Assembly (NCBI GenBank): GCA_965637545.1
Contig: OZ281494.1
Location: forward strand, 24,304,001 to 24,368,000
Length of the DNA stretch: 64,000 nt
From: Phallusia mammillata
Lineage: Eukaryota
Direction of reading: 5' to 3'
Positions 38,001 through 49,300 of the stretch are shown here, piece by piece; within the stretch, counting starts at the first letter, position 1, and each line of letters starts with the position of its first letter. Under the pieces are notes generated by a model. The model did no database searches, was not told the origin of the DNA, and was given only the letters and a program-made list of their open reading frames with translations. Made by a program: the position numbers and the translations under genes.

Positions 38001-38314
38001 CAAACTTTATTTGATATGAGAAGTTTGTTTTCGCCACTGCTTGGACAACTTCATGTATGAAAAATTTAAATAACACAAGCACCACTTTCATGTCAGCTTT
38101 CACCTTTCACGTACGTACGAGCGTGGGTTCTAATGGAAGGTCCAGTAGGCTGGGTTTTTAGTTTCCAACAGCTGCAACAAGTGTTGTGTGCTGGTAAAAA
38201 CTATCGGTTTCTGTTACATTTCACAACAAAGACCCAACGAATCGGCTCAACGCCTCTTGTCAACTTGGCGAGCGGTGATACTTTAGACTTGTGCGGGGTT
38301 CAGCCAGGGGCATT

Positions 38315-38369
38315 TCGGGTCGGGTCGGGTCGGGTCGGGTCGGGTCGGGTCGGGTCGGGTCGGGTCGGG
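38315..38369 (+). repeat. (TCGGG)11 pentanucleotide microsatellite
   Basis: Eleven perfect TCGGG units. Confidence 0.95.
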
Positions 38370-41300
38370 GCCGGTTGCGGGTTGAGTTTAAATAAGCTTA
38401 ATTCGACTCTGAAATTGTCAAAAAATCCACGTTTGTTAATTTGACTTTAGACGCTAATCAGGGTTTGCTTTTTGAAGAAAAAAATGTGTGCATATAGGGT
38501 TTGTGTTAAAAAGTCGGATTCGGGAATTCAAGGCACTTGCAACACTGTGTGGGTTAGCAATTATCAACATGTCTGTTTGGGAGTTGATGTTACATACAAA
38601 CACGCGCCCCTAAATAACACACATTTACTAAGATTAACAAAAATGATAAAATAGCCTTTCAGAATCCAAACATGGCAGCAGCATTGTTCAAAATTAGCGT
38701 TGTCGATACACTGATATTTCGCCTGTGGGCAAGGCAATCCAAAAACGAGAGGAATTTTTGCTGCACCTGTTTTTATGCATGGTTTTGTACACCGTAAGCA
38801 CGGTTTTAAACATGCTAATCCGATAGCAACAGCGGTATGCAATAGCTGTAAAAATTTCTTCATACTATCACAACACTTCGCGCTTTTCGAGCTTAAAAAA
38901 ATAAACAATAATGCATAAAATATCAGTAAAAAAATTGAGACTGCAAAAATTTGATACAAGTGTATTATTTTTGGACTGGATAAAACTCTCGTTCATATTC
39001 GTGCAGCCAAAAAATGTTTTAATGGTCAACGACTTCAGGAATAAATCCTTTAGGAAAACACGACTCAATTACAAAAGACGTACATTTCACGAGCACTAAA
39101 AAGCGGCACAACCACCTGACAAATGTTGAGGTATGTATAGAAACACGCTTCGCAAGCCAAACTAAAACCGCTACGGAAAGACCGATGAGATGTTTCCAAA
39201 GCAAACAAGATTACCCGGAGATTTAGGAGGCACGCAACTTAACTTTATCGACGCCTCACTTTTTAGCATGTTTCTGTGGACGGAAACTTAGGGTATAGAT
39301 GCGGGTTAAGAGGGGTTTACTTCAAGTGGTCTTCTGTAACTTCGCTAGTATCCCAAAACACACACGGAGATGTATTTTAGGTGGCCAAAATGCGACACAT
39401 GGATGTTTTGACGCTTGTTCGTCACCTGTCAACTATTAGCATGAGATTATGAAATCAAAAACAAACAAACGCATATTGTTGAAGTCAGATTAAAAGTAAC
39501 CTCGAAAGGTTATGTGAAGTCAAAATAAACTACAATATAAGTCCGGAAATTTAATTTGCTGTTGATGAGCATTACGACAATTGTTGTGAACACAGGATTA
39601 TAGATGACACTATTTAGTAAGTTAACACAATTTATATTTTCTTTGACATACGCTGATCATCACAAACTTTTCATGCTCTGCTGTCGATCAACTAAATGTC
39701 GAGTACGAGATTTAGTTGATTTTTATTAGAGAACACAATTCAAATAATAATAGAATTAAAATCTATTGCGTTTTTTCGATCCACCGCTCTTTTAATGTAA
39801 GTAGTCAGTGCGTGAACTTTATCCCAGCAAAAACAACATTTAGGTCAAAACAGTGAAAAAAATATAAGAAAGTTTTGTTTGTAATATTTGGACGATTTAA
39901 ATACCAATAAATGTACTAAGTGACCAAAATGTACCAGCAAACACGAAAAAACATGGGTTTCTTCCGAAAACCGAAAGTATTTGACTGCGCGTGGGAAACA
40001 TGCAAGCACAGGGTTTAATTCACACGATTGTAAAACCACTAATCGCAATCTGCAACAAGATTCCACGTAATTGCGGCCAAGGTGTCAAAAATACTTCCAT
40101 CAACTGTGAATTTGAACGTTGAGAAGCCCAATAAATCAACTAAAGAAAAATCGGGCAGTCATGGAAACCTATCATTTGTGGTTTTCAGTAGAAAGTGTGA
40201 ATTTTTTAAAGGGCGATACATAAAACGCTGGCTTCAGTCCCAATGAAGCTAAAAACCCATGGGTGTTTGATGTTGAAAGGAAAAAATTCCATTCATTGAA
40301 GTCAAAAAAGAGTCCACCTTTTTCACCTTTTACAACCTTTTATTTGCACATATATATTATATTCTGTCCATACAATCGCGGGTTTAATTGCTAAAGGTAT
40401 TTGCGGATTTGAACGTCAAAGCACTTGATCTGTAGACACGTGTAACACGAAGGTTAAATCAATCTTGAAACAAAACCGCACCACTTGACACATGTTTGAA
40501 CGCGTAATACGCTTGGTGTGGTCAGAAATCAAGTGCATAATTAAAAAAGTTTTGAGCGATGAATATTTCGTGATAAGGTGATTTTTTGTTTTGAGTGCAT
40601 TGACGCAAACAACGTTAATTGCCTCTGTATATTTAAATGCATGAGGTAATTCACCAAAAAAGTCATACATGCTTGCGACAAAACCACAAAGTTTTTATAA
40701 GTATTTGTACGACAACAAAGGTACAAAGTACTTCAAACAACACAGATTTCAATTTACCTCGGAAAATGACACTTATATTTTATACAGTAATACTCTCACT
40801 AACCCCCATAAAACACCTTTAAAAAATCAGATCGTTATCATGAATATTATGGTTTACGGCTCATTACTACAAAACTATGCGAGGTCAACCTAGCAAAAGC
40901 AGTCGCGTCTTTCATTGACCACCATTAGCACAAGCATCAATGCCTTCAAAGCATTACTCGGACACATTAGCATTTTGGCACAGACGCCGAAAGCTCAGGT
41001 AATACATACTTGAAATTACAGATGTCGGTCCCTCTACGGCATGAGGCTGAAAAGGCAAATCTTGTTTAGAAAACAGCTTATTTGCTACATCTAGTCTTGT
41101 TATATTGATTAAGCCCTTTTGTCGACTTAGGCTATGACTAAAACACGAAAAAAGTTTGCCCAAAAGTGCAAACACATTGCGTTGAACACCACTGATATGT
41201 GCAACTGCACAATCTTTCTTAAATTTACAAATCACCTACTTTATTTAAAGAACCACTAGCAGCGTGCAAGCAACCTAAATGAAGTCTGTTCAACTACCAT

Positions 41301-44300
41301 AGCTTCAACCAGCTAAGAGTCATCGAGTTATGTATTTGTCAACAACAACCCCTAATCTGGATCGACTCGATATCGTTAGCAAATAGGGCACATAAACGTT
41401 ATTAGCTGACTTAGGCTCCGATTGTGTTTGCGACATGTAAATAACATTGTTGGACCTTTTGACTGTGGGGTAATATGCTCATAGATTCTTATTTTGCCCT
41501 TGTGACCACAGTAAACATATCGATGCAGGCAGGGGTCTGATTTTCGCTTACTAAGGGTCAATTGTGTTTGCCACATGTAAACAGCAATGGTGCATGGTTC
41601 TCACACAGAAACATCAAAACGAAACCGTCGGGTCTGTGGTTCAATTGATTAAAACTAATGTAGTGCATAAATATTTAGTACAAAATCCGCAATATTAATA
41701 TTGCCGTGGGATGATTTGTCAGAAGGGGCCCAAGGTTACCTCAAGTACACCCGTCCTGCCAAAATTATACCGACTGTGATGATTTGATATGTTTGATTAA
41801 AGAGCATTTTACCTCCATATAGATTAATACTTAGATACACTAGAATTCATTTTTGTTTAGAGCAGTTCTTTCATAACATTTTCTTTGTATTGCAGAAGCT
41901 ATTGTGTGTTTTAGCTTGACTCTATGACCTAACTAAACAAGATGGTTATATAGAGATGGGGTGTTGCTTGCTACGGAGCAGGGTCCAAAATGTGTTTCTG
42001 CATGTATAAATAACGAAGCCTGACCTTTCAAACGCATAGATAACTAATGTTTTACCACGCTGCATTTTAAGATGAGTTTATGACTGTGCAAAGGCGTTGT
42101 ATTTTTGAACACTAAACATCAATTTTTTAGTTATAAAGTACATTTCAGTTACAAATCAAACCCTTTAAAATTGTACTGGTAATTTGTATTGACATAACCA
42201 CAAAACTGAAGGCAAAAAGTTCCAAAAAATAACTCCAAGATCAACCTTCCAAAAAAACAAAACACACCTGCATCAAAAGCTTCGCAAAGCCTTTGAAGTC
42301 AAACTATTCCGAATGAACACTTACGACATGTTACGTGGTTTCGGTTCAATCCAACAGCTTTAAGCCGGCCCACAGCTGTCTACAGGCCGCCATCATCAAT
42401 AAACACATGAATGCTGTGAAAATGTGAGAAAAGCGTCTCGTTTTACTAAAACCTACAATTGTCAAGTCATCAAAGTTTCTAAACCGTGCCAAAAAATGCG
42501 CACAAATGCGGTTGTTTTCCATTCTTGTCTGATCTTAACCAAAACCGCATGAAATAAACAAAATCCGAACAAAACGCGAGAAATGCCAACCTAGGATTGA
42601 CAATGCAGATCAGAGGTAACAGGCTGCTAACAGCACTTATAGGTTTAAAATCCAAAACCTTGTGATTACGCAGCTTACACTTTGGACCACACACCGCATA
42701 ATGCCGTGCTGGCGGCGCGCAGTTTTAGCTGGAGCGATGACATGAACTTGGCTCGAAACCAAAAAACTCGATATCACTTGTCGTTGTTTCCTTCCAGGGG
42801 TTAATGACCTCAGCGGTTAAAGTTTGGCGGCCCGGAATATGAAAGTCAATATTATTTTGTCTAAAAGTAAACGGACATAAAAATCGTTCTACCCTTTACT
42901 GTAATCCGGGCTTACTCCCGCGAAGCAATATTTAGCAGAATCAGCCATTCTTTTTTGTGGCCAGCACACTAAAAACACCCTGATAGTACGCATGGCACTG
43001 TTAGTATAAGCAATGTCCATTCTTGGTTGAAACTGACGATATTATATTTGACTTGGCGTTTAATATCGCATCTTTGAAATGTAAAAAATGTGTCATTAAC
43101 ACAGGGCTTTATAGGCAAACAAAGTTTAACAACAGAGATACGTGAACAGCTGTACACCATAAATCAATCTTATTACAGTGACTTTTTATTTATGGTTCAA
43201 TATTTGCCTTTATCCTTATTTGGCACCTTGCTGAGGGCGGTACTATTTTTGGCAAATTTATAACATGCAGTCATAATTAATGCATACAATTTGGGACTAT
43301 AGACGAAATTCGCGTTTGATATATCACTGGCCGTATTTTTATGAACAATAGATAATAAAAAGCTTCACGAAACAATATTCATGTGGAAACTTTCTTATGG
43401 GCGAACTTCGAAACCACTGCTTTTTAAACCGGGTCGTGGTAATTAGAAACTTGGTAACACCTAGGTATACACCACCATCTCCCTTACTTAACGCTATGTA
43501 GTCAAATCGCATTTTACGCTTAAGAAAAACGATATGCAACGTAGCTTCCTTCACAAAAGATCTATTGAACCATTATCTACTGATAAACCCTTATCACAAC
43601 ACACAAGTGTGCAGGCCTGTCAACTGCGTGAGGTCCTAACTTGATTAACGTTGGTTTCAAGCTACAATACAAACAACCGATTACAGCAAACTTGACCAAT
43701 GACCTAAGCTAAGCAGTTGCAAAATACTGCGAGATAACTCTTCAAACTCTGCACACGCGTGGACTGATAAGTTTCTCTACCTGCACAAGAAGATTTTCGT
43801 TCTTGTTTGCTGAACCTGAAAAAAATTGGGGCCGCGTATTTTTTTTCAACAAAGATTGACAAACAGTTAATCGTACAACCATTTAAAAATACATATCTAT
43901 TCAAGCAAGATTAAATACACCATGTTTAAAAGTCACAGTTCACTTGTACTTAACTGTGCATACGATTTGCAATTAAAACACAAATGTTTGTAAGACTATG
44001 CGTTTAACAAACGGTTCCACCTGCGTTAAAGAGCAGATTGAAATACAAAAGTTCTTGATTTAGGTGATATATGTAGGCTTGCTACTTCAAATACACAGCA
44101 ACCAACAACGGTTGTTGTACAACTGTTTGGGTTGATAGCAGACGTTTTTTGTTGAAAATAAATAATATCAAAATTTATTTAGGTATGTGAGTAAATTAGA
44201 TTTTCCAATTACGAAAATTTAATGTCGGCGTACATAGCCCTCCTGCCAAAGTTGAATCTATGGTCACCGAACGCCCACGACAGCTCAAGATTTAATCTGG

Positions 44301-46042
44301 TTATAACGCTATAGCGCTAAAAATGTCGAAGCTAAGTAGCGTGAAATTTGAACAATTACCATGTTTGGTCATGGGCATCGAAGTCAAAATAACCGCTTCG
44401 GTGATGAATTTTTTCTCGCATTAGCATGTTTTTATCACAAACAAAATCAACGCGCCAGCAATACTATTTACTTGTTAGCGATTTTATCTCGAATTATCAT
44501 GTTTTGACAGGTCGTTGCCAGCGTATGGCACATACATGTAAGCTAAAGTTGGTCCTGATTGCAGACGCTTTCAAGACCCAACAATTGCACAACTAAAACT
44601 CAACAGTTACACAACTAGATTTGATCTAAAAAGTTTAATCTTATTTTACAATAAGCGTGTAGTTTTAGCAGTGGTTTGTGTATTACAATAACTTTTGATG
44701 TTTACAATCTAAACCATATCTGAAAGCTGACAAGTTTGCAGTGTTGTTCAACAACACTCATCCACTACAGCTGTATTAAATCAATCTCTGTTCAATCATA
44801 CCACAAAACCACAAAGCTCTTGCGCACTGTTGAACCTTCGCATAGTATCTGGACAACTGTCTATCTACCAAGTTGGCATCCAAGGCTAGAATGCAGTTAA
44901 ACACGTTGTGATAGTTTTAGAACTAAAAAAACTACAAGTTTTTGAACAAAGGTCATGCCTTTAGCCTAAGCGTGTGACTTTCATGAGTCAGACGTTTGGT
45001 GGTGAAAGCTTTGCGGTTTGTGCAATCTACTACGACCGATAAAACAAAAACTCAGCCGGCCACGAGGCGTTAATCAGCTTCTGTTGAATGACTACTTGCG
45101 AAGCACTGAAGGGCTATGATAGCCGCGGAACGGAACTTATAACTCATCAACTCAATTACTGGCTGTGTTTTGGAAATTGGATTACATTGTTACGTCATGT
45201 GCTTGGGCAAAAAAGGCGGCAAATAATATCGCTTGAAAAATGCTTTTATGGTTACTAGTGTACTGAGTAATATGCCCCACACATTGTTTTGCACCCTCAT
45301 TTTACGTTTTGTAGTGCCACATGGCAAGCAGTTTTCAATGCGAAATGAATACATGGGTAAAAAACAGAGCATGCATCATATTTAACTCTGTGATTTTATC
45401 TTCTATTACAGCTTAAGCAATAGTTTTTAATGGTGATGTTTGTAGTTAGAAATCGGGTGGCATAATATTTTCGTAGCCTTGTGCCAATCTTAAAACACGA
45501 AATTGCCATCAAGGCAACTGTTTGTTTTCCTCCCGACTTTACAAACCAAACCAAACGCCAGTCAAAATGGACGAAACTTGTTTACATTTGGTCATTCTAA
45601 AATAACTGAAGTGTTTTGTTTGCCTGCTGTCAAGACGACTGACCAAATGATTGTCGGCTCCAAAAAGTCGCTTATATTCAATCCCGTGTCAACTTATTTG
45701 TGTACACAGTTTGATACATAAACAGAAACGTAGAACTGCAAATATTTTATGTTGACCAGTCGGTCTTTGTGGACGCTAGGAAACGACACAATGGCGTCAA
45801 AATTTTAGTTTTGTTCAAATAGACTTTTTCAAAAGTTTCGGATCAGTCAATTGCATTGGGTTCCCAAACACACAATTCCGTTGTTTGCACAAAATACAAA
45901 CAGTTCCAAAGCTCTTTGCAAAGGTTTTTTAGCAGGAAAAACATATTTTAATACAGTAGTGCTGAAAGTAAACAATTCCATTGGGAAATTGAATCATAAA
46001 GGTAATGGTTGTCACAAAAAAGAGTTTTAAAAATACGACCGT

Positions 46043-46048
46043 TTTATT
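46043..46048 (-). terminator. Candidate PRPF31 polyadenylation signal
   Basis: AATAAA on the minus strand ~300 nt downstream of the stop. Confidence 0.5.
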
Positions 46049-46347
46049 CTGAAAGAAATGTTTTATGAAAAACAGAAACTGTTAATCCGACGATTTGTTT
46101 AAAAAAACACAAAAAGTATGTTTTTGCTTTGTGCCAATACTCTCCAACTTGGCTGCCATCTGTTATGCTCGTAGACGTAGCACACATCGCATCCAACAAT
46201 ACCCCAAGATGGATATTTCCGATAACGTGAAAAACATCAACCTTTTTCACTGGTTTCCTAAAACTGAAAGTTCCATAATCAATAACCGAAAAAACCTTCG
46301 TCGAAAACGGTTTTCGAATAAACTAAGAATGGAAAATAAATGTGAGG

Positions 46348-49300
46348 TCAATTAGTAGCGACGTTACGCGGTGCAAGTTTCACAAATGAAGACATGTTTG
46401 AGAAGTAAGTACTGCATCCGTCTTCTTCTTCGGCTTTTTGTTCGGCTGCGTTCGGATTGACAATTTCAATGCCTAAAAAAGAGCGGATCTGTAAATCACT
46501 TGATATTCAACAGTTAGATGTAAACACAAAATGAGTTTTTTTAATCAAACAGGTATCATTTGGTTAGGGAACAAGTTTGGTCTCGAACTGTGCAGTTTAA
46601 ACCAGTGTTTCTTAATCTCTGCCGTGTCCTATATATTATTATAGAAAAGTACTTTTGGCCCCCATTTCATTAACATGGTGAGCTTCACTCATTACACGTT
46701 ACTTCAAAACCAACATGTTTAAGTGAAATATTTTAATCGGAAAATTTCGCTATAAAACTTGCTATTGAATACAACCAAACGGTTTTCTGGAAGAAGATTT
46801 GTCATTGGAATGTGCTCATGTCTCGCCGATTCAGAAACACAAAACTTTAAATAGTGGAAAAATCCTGTTGTTTCATGACTAGCATCCATATTTACATACT
46901 TTAATTTTGTAAAAGAGAAAACATCCTGATATTAGCGATCATTTTCTCCTTTGCATAGCAATATACCGACATCACATTATTAGTCTTTGGTTTTAAAATG
47001 ACGTCAGACTTTGTAATAGGCGGCTAAATAAACTTTCAACCATATCGTACTCCCCATCCCCAGCTTTTGGAATAAAGAAAAGCAAAAATCAACACAAATA
47101 TATGTAAATATTGAAACCTTTAAGCGGAGTGAAGGCAACAGAAGAAGCGGTCCCTGACCCTCTGTCTCTCACAGTTGTTTTTCCACCCCATGTACTTGCT
47201 GTGCTCGCCCCGGCAGCTCTGTTTGCTCGCTGCAGCTTCGTTTGAAGGGTTTTTGAAATTCGAACTTGTGTCTTGTTGTCGACCTGTAGAAAAAAAGAAA
47301 TGTTAACTCTCTGACACAACCTGGCGGACAACATTTTTTTATGAAAGCGCCTGCATTTTACGCAACTTCGATGTACGAGCCACTTGTAGCGGCATTCTCA
47401 TTTTCAATCATCTTTAAAGAGCGAATTAGAGTGGTGGGCCTTCCAGCTTTTTTGCACAGTTCCACAAAAAGTGTGATCTAGGATTTATGCCTGCATCAAA
47501 GCTTTTAAAAATTTCTTATTTATTTAAATATAATGATTGATAGCTAATCAAGTAATAAGTTAGTAAAGATACAAGAAACTTATGCAATCTTTTATCTATT
47601 GCTTGTTGCCTAAATAAATTGATTTTTGATGATTTTATCTTTACCTGAGCTGCCCGAATTCTTCCACTACCAGATTTTCCAAGTTGTCCAAGAGAGAATC
47701 CTATGCTATCTTGATAAGCATCCTCTTCAATCTCTCCAAAGTTCATTCTGTTAGCCTGTTTGTGCATTTCTGTCATTCCGAGTCTCTCCTTCATCTTCCT
47801 ATATCTTCTCCCACCTCTCTTTTTCCTACCGGGATCAACAGGAGCAGGAAGAGCTTTTACCTGAATTAAATAGAAAGCTATAAAGTTTAATTGGCACATT
47901 TTGGTTGGTTTGAAAATAAAAAGAAGGCTGCAATTGTTGTTTCAGAGCCTACTAAGGGATATTGTTTTTCATGTTAATCTAAAAAAAATTGGTAAAAATG
48001 TATCATACCTGTTCACTTCGTGATCTTCAATGTTGGATTAAGCACATTTAGTTTAATGAACTTTAGAGTGTATACCAGACTTATCAGAAAAAGTTAGTCA
48101 AATTGGCCTAACCTGTTTAACAGGTGGAGGTTCTTGCCATTTTTCAAACTTGGCAGTAATTTCTTCTTTCAATTGCATTCCAACTGTTCCATCTGGACTT
48201 TCGTGAAAACTGTCAACACGAGCTGCCAGTGTCAGCTTAAGAAAAACATTAAATAACTTAATGTTCCAAGGTAGCGTCATATAAATGGAAGTCACACAGT
48301 ATTATTACTAAATTTTGAGTTTGATGCAAATACAAAATTATTGGTGGATGTGTGACATTTATTTGACATAAAGTGGGCAGTACTTTCTTATTGTTTAGAA
48401 AAGAATATTTTACTTACTTTGGCAGCAAGCAATCTTGAAGCTTTTCTTCTTAAATCTGCTGGCATCATTTGTACAGCATCGCTGTAGTAAATAAAACCTG
48501 CAATACAAAACTGTCTAAATTCAATGTCCAAAACAAAACCACCAGATGACAGTGACTCAATTATAACTTGCAACGAACAATCAGTGTTTGGAAAGTTATG
48601 CTTATAGAATATAAAAACATACGTTCAAGCGACATTTATGTAAATCACAAATTTACTACCACCAATAATGTTTGTGCAACTAAGTGAATAATTTTTTTTT
48701 CTTTTTTTTCTAAAACTAGTTGCATTTTGCAACTAATCACGTGATCAAAAGTTAACCAATAAACTTACCGGTATGGGGGTTAATTGCTGTACTGGAAAAC
48801 CCAGACAAAGTTCGTTTCTGTGACCCAAGTAACATTATATTACAAGCTGGCATCTTTGTTAGTGCTGTCAACCCTCCAGCCACACCCATCAGTTTTGCTG
48901 CTACTGTGGCACCTAAAATGTGCAACACACATTAAAACAAGACAAGACAAACGGTGTGCTGGAATTTATACAAATTTATGAGAAGTATCATTAATGCTAA
49001 CAACTTATTTGAAAAACCTCACAGTTATTTTACATGTTTTGAGACAATACAAAAACAAACTATGAACTTGTTACACTGAAACACTTTACAAACACAGATA
49101 AATCCAGTGAATTGAATACGAATTGGAAAACCCAACCTTAGCCAGTTGTTACGAAAAATCAGCCGACTGAAAGTTTGGTTAATTGCTTAAAAAATCTTGA
49201 CAAGTTGGTTATGTGATTAACTGGACTTGTGCATACATAGCCACAAAAAGACTATTCAACATCACGTTTTTTGCCACCAAAAATACATGAACAGTCTACA

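Noticed and set aside
38133-38444. ORF containing RVGSG repeats
   Set aside because: Translation of the (TCGGG)n microsatellite.
37090-39204. Cluster of 60-131 aa ORFs
   Set aside because: Composition is typical of random AT-rich non-coding ORFs, with no domain motifs or coherent exon chain.
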